From contig OY970166.1 of the NCBI GenBank assembly GCA_963706595.1, positions 1,152,001 through 1,216,000 of the forward strand: a stretch of DNA of 64,000 nt. The letters run 5' to 3'. The notes below the pieces were generated by a model. The model was not told where the DNA came from. It saw only the letters and a program-made list of their open reading frames with translations, and made no database searches. This DNA is from an uncultured cyanobacterium (lineage in GTDB: Bacteria > Cyanobacteriota > Cyanobacteriia > Cyanobacteriales > Nostocaceae). Position numbers and translations under genes: made by a program. Of the stretch, positions 32,289 through 44,824 are shown in pieces. Each line of letters opens with the position of its first letter. Within the stretch, counting starts at the first letter, position 1.

Positions 32289-33416
32289 ATGGTGAAATCA
32301 CTTCACAAAACTTATAAATTATTGCTGACTTCTATATTTCTGGGGTTGATAGCTTTGCCCAGCATTGGTCTTGTAACGATGACAAATGCGGCCAGGGCAG
32401 ACAAAATTGGTACTAATGCGCCGCCACAAAAAACCCCTGATGTTGATTCATCTGAGTTAACTCCTGCTTATCCGGCTACTCCACCACCGCCGAGAAGAGA
32501 CGCTTTACCTGATGAACGGGTGATCCAAGAGCGATCGCTCGAAACAGATTATCGTGTCAATAACCTGCTAGGAGATTTTACAGGTAATCTCTGGGTAGGT
32601 TCATGGCGGGGATTATCGCGCATTGACCCGAACACAGGCAGAATTTTAGCGCGTGTGAGTTTACCGAATGTAGCCATTGGGGCATTAGCACAAGATAAAG
32701 TGGGTCGGTTATGGGTAGGAACTTATGAAGGACTGAAACGAGTCGATCCCCGCACGAGCGAAATTACTGCCCAGAATTTATTTTTGCCTTCCAAAAGAGT
32801 TTTGTCGTTGTTGGTTGACAAGCGGGGTTATTTGTGGGCGGGAACCGATAATGGTTTGGCATTAGTTAGCCCTGACCAAGGCTTAATTATGACAACATTA
32901 AAAAATTTACCCGGTGTCAGCGCCAACGCCATGACTTTAGATGCTGAAGGTCAACTGTGGGTTGGGACTTTGGATGGACTGGTGCGGGTAAATACGGCCA
33001 GCGCTTTAATTATGAAGCGGATTAACCAGTTACCTGGGTCAAACGTGCAAACCTTAGCGATTAGTCCATCCGGTTTAATTTGGGCGGGAATGCCGAATAA
33101 TTTGCTCGTGATTAATCCTAAGACTGGTGTAGTTTTGCGGTCTGTAACTCGACTGCGGGGGCGAAATGTGACAGCAGTGCGCTTTGCCCAAGATGGGAGT
33201 GTGTGGGTAGGAACTCACGATGGTTTGTTACGATTAAATCCACATACAGGGGCTGTATTAGACGAAGTGGCGGGACTTCCTTCTAGTCGAGTTCTTGCCC
33301 TTGCGCCCGATATCGGGAATAAATTATGGATTGGTACGAGTGAAGGTCTAGGTTGGTTAATGCCTACGAGGGGGAAGGCAAAACCTCATCTGGCTTTTAG
33401 TCGGGCGGTGGAGTAG
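32289..33416 (+). CDS. Secreted beta-propeller protein (two-component regulator propeller repeats)
   Basis: Repeated G.LWVGT..GL blades after a signal peptide. Confidence 0.85.
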   Translation: MVKSLHKTYKLLLTSIFLGLIALPSIGLVTMTNAARADKIGTNAPPQKTPDVDSSELTPAYPATPPPPRRDALPDERVIQERSLETDYRVNNLLGDFTGNLWVGSWRGLSRIDPNTGRILARVSLPNVAIGALAQDKVGRLWVGTYEGLKRVDPRTSEITAQNLFLPSKRVLSLLVDKRGYLWAGTDNGLALVSPDQGLIMTTLKNLPGVSANAMTLDAEGQLWVGTLDGLVRVNTASALIMKRINQLPGSNVQTLAISPSGLIWAGMPNNLLVINPKTGVVLRSVTRLRGRNVTAVRFAQDGSVWVGTHDGLLRLNPHTGAVLDEVAGLPSSRVLALAPDIGNKLWIGTSEGLGWLMPTRGKAKPHLAFSRAVE

Positions 33417-33468
33417 GGAGTGGGGAGTGGGGAGTGGGGAGTGGGGAGTGGGGAGTGGGGAGTAGGGA
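33410..33468. repeat. STRR (GGGGAGT)n
   Basis: Read directly from the sequence. Confidence 0.9.
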
Positions 33469-33744
33469 ATGGAGAAGTTTCCAGGTAGCGGTGATATCGT
33501 GTAATCGCCGTAAACCCCGCCAAATAGTTTTAACTCCCGGCTCATCATCTCCCTGGCGAGCCAAAAAGCCGCCGAGAGTGGCAAGAAAGATCCGGGTAAT
33601 GGATAGCCTTACTAAGGAGAGGGGTTGGGGGTGGGGTTCTTGTATCTCATTTAACTGATAACCGCTATAGACAAATATCTCATGCCATTTGTTTGCCGGG
33701 AATAACCCCGACTTTCTGGGACTACAACACCCCCGGAAATGTCT

Positions 33745-34644
33745 CTACACATTGTTGGTAAATTCTGCCACTCGCCGCCAAACCTTCTCTAACAAATCAG
33801 GATCATCTGCATCAAACCATTCAATTTGCGGATATGCCTTAAACCAAGTGCGCTGACGCTTGGCAAATTGTCGCGTATGCAAAACAGTTAATTCTTTGGC
33901 TGATTCCAAAGAAATTTCGCCAGCTAAATATTGCCGGATTTCTTGATATCCCAAAGTATTTAATAAAGGTAAATCAGCACCGTATTTTTGACCAAGATAT
34001 TCTACCTCAGCCACTAAACCATCGGCGATCATTTGTTCAGTCCGCTTGTGAATGCGTAGCCTTAACTTTTCGACTTCGCAATCTAAACCTATTTGCAAAA
34101 TTGGATAATCTGGAGGGTTCTCTCCTTGCTGCTGGGAAATTGGGCAACCAGTAATGTAAAATACTTCTAATGCTCGTAAAGTCCGCACAGTATCATGAGC
34201 ATGAATCTTCTGGGCGGCGATCGCATCAACTTGTTGCAATATTCCATATAGAGTCGTTTGTCCTAAAGATTGCAGTTGCGATCGCAATTCCTGATTTGGT
34301 GCAACCCTGGGAATTTTCATCCCTTGCACAATAGAGCGTATGTATAAACCTGTACCACCAACTAAAAACAATGGCGCAACCCCAAGATCCGTAATTAAGC
34401 TTTGTGCTTGTTCCTGATAGTCTGCTAGCGTCATCATATCTGTGGGATGGCAGATATCTATTAAATAATGTGGGACTAATTTTTGTTCCGCCAATGTTGG
34501 TTTAGCCGTACCAATATCAAACTCTCGATACACCTGACGAGAATCAGCACTAAGAATTACAGAACTTAGCTGCGTAGCTAAATTCAATCCCAAGCCTGAT
34601 TTACCAGTCGCCGTCGCCCCACAAATTACAATCAATTTAGTCAT
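33745..34644 (-). CDS. miaA: tRNA dimethylallyltransferase
   Basis: Motifs GATATGKS, DSRQVY, IGTAKP, VGGTGLY, AKRQRTW. Confidence 0.97.
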   Translation of the reverse strand: MTKLIVICGATATGKSGLGLNLATQLSSVILSADSRQVYREFDIGTAKPTLAEQKLVPHYLIDICHPTDMMTLADYQEQAQSLITDLGVAPLFLVGGTGLYIRSIVQGMKIPRVAPNQELRSQLQSLGQTTLYGILQQVDAIAAQKIHAHDTVRTLRALEVFYITGCPISQQQGENPPDYPILQIGLDCEVEKLRLRIHKRTEQMIADGLVAEVEYLGQKYGADLPLLNTLGYQEIRQYLAGEISLESAKELTVLHTRQFAKRQRTWFKAYPQIEWFDADDPDLLEKVWRRVAEFTNNV

Positions 34645-34712
34645 TGGTCATTGGTCATTTGTCATTGGTCATTGGTCATTGGTCATTTGTCATTTGTCAT
34701 TGGTCATTAGTC
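34640..34712. repeat. STRR (GTCATT[G/T])n
   Basis: About 10 heptamers, read directly. Confidence 0.92.
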
Positions 34713-34991
34713 AACAGTTCCCATACTCCTGACTCTCCAGTAAAGCTTTTGTGATATAATCTTAAGGTTTTTATCAGATTTTTGCTGTCTTCGGTTCTGG
34801 TTCAGAAGCAATCTCAGAAATTTGAAATTTTCAGGCGAACAACTCAAAAATCTTATAGGGTTACATCCCCTATATAAACTTCTCATAAAATTGCTCTACA
34901 GTCGCCAGTAAGCCTTTTGTGTTAGAATCTTGGTGTGTTTTAACTTTTTTGTTTTTGGGCGACTTTAAACCCACGCATCAGGAGAATTTTC

Positions 34992-36929
34992 ATGACGAGC
35001 AGTTACAGTGCCGATCAGATTCAAGTTCTGGAAGGTCTGGAAGCCGTCCGCAAACGGCCAGGGATGTACATCGGTACTACCGGGCCGCGAGGACTCCACC
35101 ATTTAGTATATGAGGTAGTAGATAACTCAATTGATGAAGCTTTGGCGGGTCACTGTACCCACATAGAAGTGGATATCAATGCTGATGGTTCCGTGACTGT
35201 CACAGATGATGGTCGGGGTATTCCTATCGATACTCACTCACGAACTGGTAAATCCGCTTTAGAAACCGTGTTAACTGTACTCCACGCCGGAGGTAAGTTT
35301 GGTGGTGGTGGCTACAAGGTTTCTGGGGGATTGCACGGAGTCGGTCTTTCTGTAGTTAACGCCCTGTCAGATGTGCTGGAAGTCACAGTTTGGCGAGATA
35401 ACAAAGTTCATGTCCAGCGCTATGAACGAGGTGTACCAGTGACTGAACTGGTAGCCAAGCCGGATAAAGAGGGAAAAACGGGAACTTCTATTAAGTTCAA
35501 TCCTGATAGCCAAATTTTTATCAATAGCGTTGAGTTTGATTACATCACCATCGCCGGTCGCCTGCGGGAGTTGGCTTATCTGAATGCAGGTGTCAAAATT
35601 ATCTTTGGCGACCACCGTTTAGAACTACTAAAAAGCGATACCCCCAGGATCGAAACTTACGAATACAAGGGTGGTATTAAAGAGTATATCGCTTACATGA
35701 ACCGCGATAAGCAACCACTGCACGAAGAAATTATTTATGTGCATGGGGAACGCAATAACGTCCAAGTGGAAGTTTCTTTACAATGGTGTACTGACGCTTA
35801 CACAGACAACGTGCTGGGTTTTGCTAATAATATTCGCACCATTGATGGTGGTACTCACCTCGAAGGTTTGAAGGCGGTTCTGACTCGGACTTTAAATGCG
35901 ATCGCCCGTAAGCGCAATAAAATTAAAGAAAATGAATCTAACCTCAGTGGCGAACACGTCCGGGAAGGTTTAACAGCAGTAATTTCCGTTAAAGTCCCAG
36001 ACCCAGAATTTGAAGGACAAACCAAAACGAAACTCGGTAATACTGAAGTTCGCGGTATTGTTGATTCCTTAGTGGGAGAAGTTCTCAGTGAATACTTAGA
36101 ATTTCATCCGGGAATCGCCGACTCGATTTTAGATAAAGCCATTCAAGCATTTAAAGCCGCAGAAGCCGCCCGTCATGCGCGGGAATTAGTCCGACGCAAA
36201 TCTGTATTGGAATCTTCGCCATTACCCGGTAAATTAGCAGATTGCAGTTCTCGTGACCCCAGCGAGTCAGAAATCTTTATCGTGGAAGGTGACTCTGCGG
36301 GTGGAAGTGCGAAACAAGGACGCGATCGCCGCACCCAAGCTATTCTCCCCCTGCGTGGTAAAATTCTCAACATCGAGAAAACAGACGACGCGAAAATCTA
36401 CAAAAATAATGAAGTCCAATCTTTAATTACAGCCCTCGGTTTAGGCGTGAAAGGAGACGAATTCGACTCCACCCAACTGCGCTATCACCGCATCGTGATT
36501 ATGACAGATGCTGACGTAGATGGCGCGCATATTCGCACACTGTTGTTAACTTTCTTCTATAGATATCAGCGCGCGCTGATTGAACAGGGTTTCATATATA
36601 TTGCTTGTCCTCCACTATTTAAAGTAGAACGAGGAAAGAATCATGAATACTGCTATAGCGAACGTGAACTACAACAGTATTTGGGAACACTTCCCAGCAA
36701 CGCCAACTACAACATCCAACGCTTCAAAGGTTTAGGTGAAATGATGCCTCAACAACTCTGGGATACTACAATGAACCCAGAATCTCGGAAAATGAAGCAA
36801 GTAGAAATTGAAGATGCTGCCGAAGCTGATCGTATTTTTACCATTTTAATGGGCGATCGCGTTGCACCCAGACGGGAATTTATCGAAACCTATGGTTCCA
36901 AACTCAATTTCACAGATTTAGACATCTAA
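34992..36929 (+). CDS. gyrB: DNA gyrase subunit B (no intein evident)
   Basis: Motifs [39 protein letters not shown]. Confidence 0.98.
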   Translation: MTSSYSADQIQVLEGLEAVRKRPGMYIGTTGPRGLHHLVYEVVDNSIDEALAGHCTHIEVDINADGSVTVTDDGRGIPIDTHSRTGKSALETVLTVLHAGGKFGGGGYKVSGGLHGVGLSVVNALSDVLEVTVWRDNKVHVQRYERGVPVTELVAKPDKEGKTGTSIKFNPDSQIFINSVEFDYITIAGRLRELAYLNAGVKIIFGDHRLELLKSDTPRIETYEYKGGIKEYIAYMNRDKQPLHEEIIYVHGERNNVQVEVSLQWCTDAYTDNVLGFANNIRTIDGGTHLEGLKAVLTRTLNAIARKRNKIKENESNLSGEHVREGLTAVISVKVPDPEFEGQTKTKLGNTEVRGIVDSLVGEVLSEYLEFHPGIADSILDKAIQAFKAAEAARHARELVRRKSVLESSPLPGKLADCSSRDPSESEIFIVEGDSAGGSAKQGRDRRTQAILPLRGKILNIEKTDDAKIYKNNEVQSLITALGLGVKGDEFDSTQLRYHRIVIMTDADVDGAHIRTLLLTFFYRYQRALIEQGFIYIACPPLFKVERGKNHEYCYSERELQQYLGTLPSNANYNIQRFKGLGEMMPQQLWDTTMNPESRKMKQVEIEDAAEADRIFTILMGDRVAPRREFIETYGSKLNFTDLDI

Positions 36930-37003
36930 ATATCAAGTAAATAAGTAGCCCTATTATACCAATATCAGCTGCATAGACAGAACCCCCTCCCCTTCTCCCA
37001 AAG

Positions 37004-37277
37004 GGCTACGGTGTACACACATCCCGAACCAAAGAGAGTTTCCAGCCCTAAAAACCAGATTTAAGCGGAAATCTGGCGTTGCTCAAACAAAGTATAAATT
37101 TAAATGTAGAGACGTAACATATCACGTCTCTACAGAGGTTTTGACATCATCACAAATCGTGTTCATACTTCAAATCAGCAACGCCGGAAATCTTGTTCCC
37201 CTCCTCGCTTGCGGGGAGGGGCTAGGGGTGGGGTTTCATAACACAAAAGAAAATTTCCCGACTTGTACACCGCAGCC
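37004..37277. mobile_element. Nested MITE-like elements
   Basis: Outer TIR GGCTACGGTGTACA / TGTACACCGCAGCC. Inner element 37075-37185 has GGCGTTGC / GCAACGCC ends and a central GTAGAGACG...CGTCTCTAC hairpin. A hairpin repeat also lies inside, near 37198. Confidence 0.7.
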
Positions 37278-37283
37278 AATTCA

Positions 37284-38162
37284 TTAATAATGAATACACT
37301 GTTTTTGAGATTCGGCGAGATTTTGCGATAACACAAGCAAATCCTGCTGCGGCAGAGAATTTGCCATATAATATCTTTTTTTCTGCCGTCTAGAACTATA
37401 GTCAAAAAATATAGCCAATCTATCCGAATTTATCGGTAACTTTCCACGATGGAAAATGCTACCAGTCGCAGCAAAAATCACAGTGCCGACTGAACCAGTA
37501 CATGATTTATAATTCTCTGGAGAGACAAACTCTCTCATCCTTGGCTCTTGAATGTAACCAGACGTATATTTTAAAGCTTTGACTATTTCTAAAGTTAAAT
37601 TTGGGGAAATATATTGAAAAGGTCCGGTATATTCATTCGTATCATTTAAATAAATGATAATTTTCAAGATTTTTCGATCTTCTCTATCTATATGCCATAT
37701 CCTGGAACCTTGCTCAATTTTATTAGCAATATCTTTGCGAAAATATACACCGTTGTAGGCGACTGGTAAACCCAGATAATTCTCCACAATATTGAGTAAC
37801 CGTTGTTCAAGACCCCAGAAAAATAATTCTGGATACTCCATTATTTGCTGGGAAGTAGCGTGAATCACAAACTCATGTTTCTGTGCAGAAATATTTGCAG
37901 GTATTTTTGGGATAAGTTTTTCTGCTGCTGCGAGTATATCAGGCGTAGATGGAATTCCCAATTTTTCTAATGAAGTAATTACTACTCCTTCCTCTTTTAT
38001 CTGTTCTACTAACTCCAAGTCAGCTTTGTCTAGAATAGGTAGATGTCTAATGTGGTTTTTAACTGCGGCTTGATAAGCGAGATCCTCTTGATATTGTATA
38101 AATGGTATGGTATCAATTTTTCTCAAAATTTTATTCCGAGTTTTTTTCAGCAAACTATACAT
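37284..38162 (-). CDS. Putative 2-oxoglutarate/Fe(II) oxygenase-like protein
   Basis: WHID...IFHRG, consistent with an HxD...H facial triad. Confidence 0.65.
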   Translation of the reverse strand: MYSLLKKTRNKILRKIDTIPFIQYQEDLAYQAAVKNHIRHLPILDKADLELVEQIKEEGVVITSLEKLGIPSTPDILAAAEKLIPKIPANISAQKHEFVIHATSQQIMEYPELFFWGLEQRLLNIVENYLGLPVAYNGVYFRKDIANKIEQGSRIWHIDREDRKILKIIIYLNDTNEYTGPFQYISPNLTLEIVKALKYTSGYIQEPRMREFVSPENYKSCTGSVGTVIFAATGSIFHRGKLPINSDRLAIFFDYSSRRQKKRYYMANSLPQQDLLVLSQNLAESQKQCIHY

Positions 38163-38222
38163 CTTTCTGCTCCTCAACTTGATTTAATTTCCCCAAAAAA
38201 ACTCTAACTAAAGTAATTTTTT

Positions 38223-38310
38223 GGCGTTGCTGATTTGAAGTCAAAACCCCTGTAGAGACGCGATATGTCATGTCTCTACATTTAAATTCATACTTGGTTT
38301 GGGCAACGCC
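38223..38310. mobile_element. Shorter inverted copy of the 37075-37185 element
   Basis: Same GGCGTTGC ends and GTAGAGAC hairpin. Confidence 0.7.
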
Positions 38311-38548
38311 GATGTTTTGATACTGGATTTTATATTTGTGGTTATTGGCACAGGTAAATGTTAACCTATCCTAATTCAAAATACCTGTCGCTGGTAAGAT
38401 TAACTATCCTACTTTAGTCATAAATTCATCAAATCTTTTTAATTGGTGAATATGAATACCAATTTATACACCATGAAATTTCCGCATTTTTGATCCACCC
38501 AAAGGTAGTAGATAAAACTTGAGCTAAATAACTATAAAAGATGATATA

Positions 38549-38797
38549 TAGGACTCCTATTTAATTTCTGTTGGCGTAGCCTGCGCTTTGCGCTTACAAC
38601 TCAAAAAGTTGTTTCCCACTCCCCAGAAGAAGCAGGGGCGCACCGGAGCAGGGAGCAAGGGGGAGTGAGAAATTACTTTAAACTTCCGGTTACTTAACAA
38701 CCGTTCCTCTTCTCCCCTGCCCCCTGCCCCCTGCACCCATTCCTCTTCTCCCCACTCCCCACCTACGCAAGCTATCAAAAATCAAAGCAGATTACTA
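38549..38797. mobile_element. MITE-like element, copy of 18176-18397
   Basis: Same TIRs and interior, with small indels. Confidence 0.75.
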
Positions 38798-38837
38798 TAG
38801 CTCTGCTTTTCAAACAGTTACAAAGGAACAGATTTTT

Positions 38838-40184
38838 ATGACATTTGATTACAACTTGTTTGTCATTGGTACTGGACCTGGGGGATTAGCAGCAGCAAAA
38901 AAAGCCGCTAGCTATGGTGTGCGTGTCGCTATGGCTGAACAAGAAACCATTGGCGGTACTTGTGTAAATCGGGGTTGTGTTCCTAAAAAACTGATTGTCT
39001 ACGCAGCTGACTTTGCTAAAGAAAACCAAATGGCACACAGCTACGGGTGGAGTAAGTGTAACAGGTACTTTGATTGGACACTATTCATGAAGTCCGTACA
39101 CCGACATATCGAACACATTAACTACTCCTATTGTCAACAGTTGCGAACAGCAGAAATTGAAATTATTAAAGAACGTGCTACTTTTGTTGATGCCCATACT
39201 CTAGATTTAAATGGGCATCAAGTTACAGCCGATAAAATTTTAATTGCTGTGGGAGGAAGACCCAATAAGCCCAATATTCCAGGGATAGAATACGCCATTA
39301 CATCTCGTGAGCTATTTCATTTACCCTATTTACCCAAACGGTTGGCAATTATTGGCGGTGGTTATATTGGCGCTGAATTTTCCAGCATGATGCACGCTTT
39401 AGGGTGCGAAGTCACAGTGATTGAAACAGATGAGATGATCTTGTCAGGGTTTGATGACGATATTCGCTCTGGCGTACAACAGGGTTTAAGCAAACGCGGA
39501 ATTAAAATTCTGACTAACAGCACTGCTGAAGAAATCACTCACTTAGATGACGGTTGGTTGTTAAAAACTACTGGCGACTATGCTCAAACCATTGCCACAG
39601 ATACTATCCTTGTGGCTACAGGTTGGAGTCCCAATACCAAAAACCTGGGTTTAGAAAAGGCTCAAGTCGAAGTTGGTAAACAAGGTGAAATTAAAGTAGA
39701 TAAATACTTCTGTACTACCCAAGCAAATATTTTTGCTGTGGGTGACTGCATCAACCGCATCCAATTAACTCCAGTAGCTAAAGCAGAAGGTATAGCTTTT
39801 GCCAATACAGTTTTCGGTAATCATCCGCAAACAGTGAATTACGATTATGTGCCTTCTGCTGTTTTTTCTCGCCCAGAGGGGTCTGGTGTGGGGATGACGG
39901 AAGCTCAAGCACGGGAAAAATTTGGGGAATCTGTAAAATGCTACTCTACCCAGTTCCAACCCCTGCTGCATCAATTACTCGAAGCAGAAGAGCCAGTTAT
40001 GATCAAGTTAGTTGTACACGAAAATTCTCAACAAGTTTTGGGCGCTCATATGTTGGGTGAAAATGCCGCCGAAATTATTCAAACTCTAGGGGTGGCAATT
40101 CGTCAAGGAATTACTAAGCAAGATTTGCATGAAACAATAGGTATTCATCCCACTACAGCAGAAGATTTTTTATCCTGGGATTAA
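38838..40184 (+). CDS. gor: Glutathione reductase
   Basis: Motifs GGTCVNRGCVPKK, GGGYIG, IGIHPT. Confidence 0.9.
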   Translation: MTFDYNLFVIGTGPGGLAAAKKAASYGVRVAMAEQETIGGTCVNRGCVPKKLIVYAADFAKENQMAHSYGWSKCNRYFDWTLFMKSVHRHIEHINYSYCQQLRTAEIEIIKERATFVDAHTLDLNGHQVTADKILIAVGGRPNKPNIPGIEYAITSRELFHLPYLPKRLAIIGGGYIGAEFSSMMHALGCEVTVIETDEMILSGFDDDIRSGVQQGLSKRGIKILTNSTAEEITHLDDGWLLKTTGDYAQTIATDTILVATGWSPNTKNLGLEKAQVEVGKQGEIKVDKYFCTTQANIFAVGDCINRIQLTPVAKAEGIAFANTVFGNHPQTVNYDYVPSAVFSRPEGSGVGMTEAQAREKFGESVKCYSTQFQPLLHQLLEAEEPVMIKLVVHENSQQVLGAHMLGENAAEIIQTLGVAIRQGITKQDLHETIGIHPTTAEDFLSWD

Positions 40185-41468
40185 TATAGTTGTATTTGAA
40201 ATTTATCCCGCACCTGTGCCAAATATAGCTAGGCAGTAGGGAGTGGGGAGTGGGGAGTGGGGAGTGGGTTAAAACCCTATTGGTATCTAAGTTTGATTAT
40301 TTGTTTATGTCTTAACCTCCTTGGCGGTTGCTATAATTACTACGATTTAAATCACAATAATTTTACATTGCTTCACATAATTAAATTTATTCCCACCAAC
40401 TTACTGACTTAGCATCTCAAAAACTACATCTAGGGGCATAATTCCGACACACGAGCCTTTTCAATGGTCTCAGGGTATGCAGAGCATTTAAAAGCAAAAC
40501 ACTACAGTGGTTATAACTAGGCATAGTGTTACAGTTATGTTTTATAGTATTGTTCGGGATATGAACTATCCCCCTAACTCCGATGCTCCCTGCGCCCCTG
40601 CTTCTTTTTCAATGTGCCGTTTGCTGAGACTGGCTTCATGCTGTCTGAGTTACTTGTATCGGTTTATTGGAGGTTATATTGGCAGCAGAGACATATTTTT
40701 TAGTTAAAGTAGATGTAGTTTCTTTTGCCATATCGTGTTAATAGTTGATTTGCGTACGTACTACTTTATTTATTTATTCAGGACTGGGTTGACGACAAAG
40801 ACGTTGAAATAAGATTTAAATGAGAAACTTATACTTTTGTAATGAATTTTTTATATTTCCCCAAATTTGGGTTAATAAATTTTGCTTTAGTCAAATATTA
40901 ACCCAGTTTCTGCCCAACCTATTCTCTGATTGAGACCAAAACTGTGATTGTGCCACAGATGGAAGTTGGAAATGCGCCGCTTCAGCTCTTCGTTGGGGTA
41001 AGATTTGATTTTCTCAACCCAACGGGTAAGCCTCGTAGAATTGATCTATGGGGAGTTTATTGTGGTGCGACTAGCAGATATTGTGCAAGTCTGATACATA
41101 CCATAAACCTTATACTTTTGTTGACTTAAAAATTTATAGATGGTGATTATGCCATATCCTAAACCAAGACCTATGCTTTACCTCTTTAGAAGTAAACTTA
41201 AAGGTTATATAACCAAGAATGCTGTTAATCAGTCAATTTTATTGATAAATTTTACTCAGGAGGTGTCTCTTAAACTGTTAAAGTTCAAAAAGTTCCAGTC
41301 TCACTACCTTAAGTCCAATAATTCGGTCAGTTTTATGCGGTGCAAGAGGTAAGATAAAAGCTATACATAAAACTCTGTTATGGGGATTTTAGCAAATTTA
41401 TCATTTGAGAATTGCTATAATCTATTGTCCAATCTAATTACTTTTCTATTTATTAGGTGTATTTTTCT

Positions 41469-41990
41469 ATGGGTTCCCCAATGAATCGTCTGTCTATTTT
41501 TGTAGACGGAAACAATATGTTCTATGCTCAACAAAAAAATGGCTGGTTTTTTGACCCAAGACGAGTCTTAGACTATTTCAAACACGAGCAGTCAGATACA
41601 ACATTAATCAATGCTTTCTGGTACACTGGCTTAAAAGACCCGCAAGATCAGCGAGGCTTCAGAGATGCGCTAATTAGCTTAGGATATACAGTCAGAACTA
41701 AAATTCTTAAAGAATATTATGATGACTCCTCCGGGCGCTATTCCCAAAAAGCTAATTTAGATATTGAAATTGTCGTAGATATGTTTAATACAGTAGATCA
41801 ATATGACCGAGTAGTTTTATTCAGTGGTGATGGTGATTTTGAAAGAGCCATCGAATTATTACGCTCAAAAAATACGCATATTACTGTAGTGTCAACGGAA
41901 GGGATGATAGCCAGAGAGCTACGTAATGCTACTGACAGGTATATTGATTTAAACGATATCAGAGACAGTATAGAAAAAGTCGAAGGTTAG
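41469..41990 (+). CDS. NYN domain (LabA/DUF88) protein
   Basis: Motifs IFVDGNN, QKANLD, FSGDGDF. Confidence 0.9.
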   Translation: MGSPMNRLSIFVDGNNMFYAQQKNGWFFDPRRVLDYFKHEQSDTTLINAFWYTGLKDPQDQRGFRDALISLGYTVRTKILKEYYDDSSGRYSQKANLDIEIVVDMFNTVDQYDRVVLFSGDGDFERAIELLRSKNTHITVVSTEGMIARELRNATDRYIDLNDIRDSIEKVEG

Positions 41991-42082
41991 TAATCTTAGC
42001 AAATATTTACAAATCTTAAAAGTAAAAAAACTAAGGTTCAAGATATTTTAAGCAAACAGTAAAAACTAAACAACGAGGAAGA

Positions 42083-43678
42083 ATGACCAGCAAAGCCGAG
42101 AAAATTATCATTTTTGATACGACTCTCAGAGATGGGGAACAATGTCCTGGCGCAACTCTAAATATAGATGAAAAGCTGGCGATCGCCAAACAATTATCCC
42201 GCTTAGGGGTAGATGTCATTGAGGCGGGTTTTGCCTTTGCGAGTCCGGGAGATTTTCAAGCTGTGCAGAAAATTGCCCAACTGGTGGGGACAGAAGATGG
42301 CCCAGTAATTTGTAGTTTAGCTAGAGCCATTAAAGCGGATATTGAAGCCGCAGCCGAGGCGTTAAAACCAGCAGTTCACGGACGGATTCACACATTTATT
42401 TCGACATCTGATATTCATTTAGAGTATCAGTTGCGGAAATCACGGGCTGAAGTTGTAGCGATCGCCGAAGAAATGGTAGCTTATGCGAAGTCATTCATGG
42501 CAGATGTGGAATTTTCGCCAATGGATGCGGCGCGTTCTGACCCGCAATTTCTTTATGAAGTATTAGAGCGCGCGATCGCAGCTGGCGCAACAACAGTTAA
42601 CATTCCTGACACTGTAGGTTACATGACCCCCAGTGAATTTGGGGCAATGATTAAAGGCATTAAAGATCATGTCCCGAATATTGATCAAGCAATTATTTCC
42701 GTACATGGACATAACGATTTAGGTTTAGCAGTTGCCAACTTCCTAGAAGCTGTCAAAAATGGTGCAACCCAATTAGAATGTACCATCAACGGCATTGGTG
42801 AACGCGCCGGCAATGCCTCCTTAGAAGAATTGGTCATGGCCTTGCACGTCCGGCGACAATACTTCAATCCCTTCTTAGGAAGACCAGAAGATTCTGAAGA
42901 ACCACTAACTAACATTGACACGCGTCAAATTTATAAAACCTCCCGTTTAGTTTCTAATTTGACGGGAATGTTAGTGCAACCAAACAAAGCTATCGTAGGC
43001 GCAAACGCTTTTGCTCATGAGTCTGGTATTCACCAAGATGGGGTGTTGAAAAACAAGCTCACCTACGAAATCATGGATGCTCAATTGATTGGTTTAACAG
43101 ACAATCAAATCGTATTGGGCAAACATTCCGGCAGAAATGCTTTCCGTAGCCGGTTGACAGAATTGGGCTTTGAACTATCAGAAACCGAACTGAATAAAGC
43201 ATTCGTCAGGTTCAAAGATGTAGCCGACAAAAAGAAAGAAATTTCTGATCGGGATTTGGAAGCTATTGTTAATGATGAAATTCAACAAACTCCTGATTTG
43301 TTCCGCGTCGAGTTGGTGCAAATTTCCTGCGGTAATAATGCTTGTCCCACAGCTACAGTCACCCTCCGCACCCCAGCCGGTGAAGAATTGACTGATGCGG
43401 CTATTGGTACGGGACCAGTAGACGCTGTTTACAAAGCAATTAATCGTGTCGTGAACGTACCTAATGAGTTAATTGAGTTTTCTGTACAGTCAGTGACAGA
43501 AGGAATTGATGCTTTAGGGGAAGTTACTATTCGACTACGACATGATTCTAGAGTGTTTTCTGGTCATGCGGCTAACACAGATATTATCGTTGCTTCCGCG
43601 CAAGCTTATGTGAATGCGTTGAATCGTCTTTATGCATCTTTGCAACCTCAAGAAAAGCAAGAAGAAGTAACTGCATAG
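42083..43678 (+). CDS. leuA: 2-isopropylmalate synthase
   Basis: Motifs [25 protein letters not shown]. Confidence 0.97.
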   Translation: MTSKAEKIIIFDTTLRDGEQCPGATLNIDEKLAIAKQLSRLGVDVIEAGFAFASPGDFQAVQKIAQLVGTEDGPVICSLARAIKADIEAAAEALKPAVHGRIHTFISTSDIHLEYQLRKSRAEVVAIAEEMVAYAKSFMADVEFSPMDAARSDPQFLYEVLERAIAAGATTVNIPDTVGYMTPSEFGAMIKGIKDHVPNIDQAIISVHGHNDLGLAVANFLEAVKNGATQLECTINGIGERAGNASLEELVMALHVRRQYFNPFLGRPEDSEEPLTNIDTRQIYKTSRLVSNLTGMLVQPNKAIVGANAFAHESGIHQDGVLKNKLTYEIMDAQLIGLTDNQIVLGKHSGRNAFRSRLTELGFELSETELNKAFVRFKDVADKKKEISDRDLEAIVNDEIQQTPDLFRVELVQISCGNNACPTATVTLRTPAGEELTDAAIGTGPVDAVYKAINRVVNVPNELIEFSVQSVTEGIDALGEVTIRLRHDSRVFSGHAANTDIIVASAQAYVNALNRLYASLQPQEKQEEVTA

Positions 43679-43703
43679 AACATCTAGTCAGATATCTGGT
43701 TTC

Positions 43704-43731
43704 AGGGTGGGTTTTTCCCGCCCTATTTTTT
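43704..43731 (+). terminator. Intrinsic terminator after leuA
   Basis: AGGGTGGG-loop-CCCGCCCT followed by ATTTTTT. Confidence 0.75.
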
Positions 43732-43992
43732 GGTCTAAGAAATGCGGATTTAATAAAATATAGAACCTCACCCCCAGCCCCTCTCCTTGGTAAGGAGAGG
43801 GGAGATTTTAAAGCAAATCAAACCCAGAATTCGTCTGTTATTTAATTCATATTCCTAACTTCAGAACGGCTAATCTGTTTAATCACATATTTTGCATTAA
43901 GTATAAATATTTGTTGCTGTTTTATCTGTTGAGATTTACCTACGAATAAAAAATTTTATGCTGAAAATTGATACTTGTATCAAGCCAAATTT

Positions 43993-44655
43993 ATGAGTAG
44001 CGAGCAAATGACAGAATTACCACTTTGGGTGCAAGATAGAGAAGCCGTACTAGCTCATGACGAAGGTGTAGAATGGCGGGAAGGACAACGCCCTGATTAT
44101 TCTTACACAAATGAATTTCTGCACAAAGAAAGTCAATTTAACCATCCCGAAGGTTCTTTAGAAGCGATCGCTCAAAATTTAGTCCGTACCTTTGAAATGG
44201 AAGCTTCTCATAAAATCAATCCGCAACAATGGCTGTCAATTGTCGCTGACCAATTTAGAATGAGTAGCAACGGCGGCGAAAAATATACTGCTGAAGAGGT
44301 AGTGAAAGAAGGTACTTATAACTTATTTATCAGTGAGACTGAGCATTATAGTTCTAAAAATGAAACTTTTGAAAGTTCATTTGAATTGTTTCACAATGCT
44401 TTTCCCAACGGCTTTTTGTGGGAATTAACAGAAGTTCTAGCTGGTCCACCGAATGTTACCTTTAAGTGGCGGCATTGGGGAACATTTACTGGTAGTTACA
44501 AAGATTATAAACCCACTGGGGAAACAATAGAAATTACTGGCATGAGTATTGCTCGTGTGACTGAAGATTTAAAGATTTTGTCTTTAGAACATTATTTTGA
44601 TAACAATACCTTCCTAGACAAATTAACTGCTGGTGGTTGTCCTTTCCATTCCTAA
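43993..44655 (+). CDS. SnoaL-like / pathogen-related family protein
   Basis: NLVRTFEMEASHK, AFPNGFLWE, FKWRHWG. Confidence 0.8.
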   Translation: MSSEQMTELPLWVQDREAVLAHDEGVEWREGQRPDYSYTNEFLHKESQFNHPEGSLEAIAQNLVRTFEMEASHKINPQQWLSIVADQFRMSSNGGEKYTAEEVVKEGTYNLFISETEHYSSKNETFESSFELFHNAFPNGFLWELTEVLAGPPNVTFKWRHWGTFTGSYKDYKPTGETIEITGMSIARVTEDLKILSLEHYFDNNTFLDKLTAGGCPFHS

Positions 44656-44824
44656 AATCACCAAAGTAAACTACGACATGACTCTAGTAGCGCAAGGCAG
44701 AAGCCAAAAATCAAAAAGTTTATTCTATAGGCTTTTCATGGATTTTAAATGGTTGTCATATTTCCGCCGACCTGTACTAGAGTCTTTTCTGAATCATGCG
44801 GCAAATACAGATATCAGGCTTTTT

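Noticed and set aside
33357..33658. Short ORFs on both strands after the beta-propeller gene
   Set aside because: Largely translations of STRR and hairpin repeats.
40507..41352. Three 61-70 aa ORFs upstream of the NYN gene
   Set aside because: No recognisable motifs in AT-rich intergenic DNA; cannot be supported.
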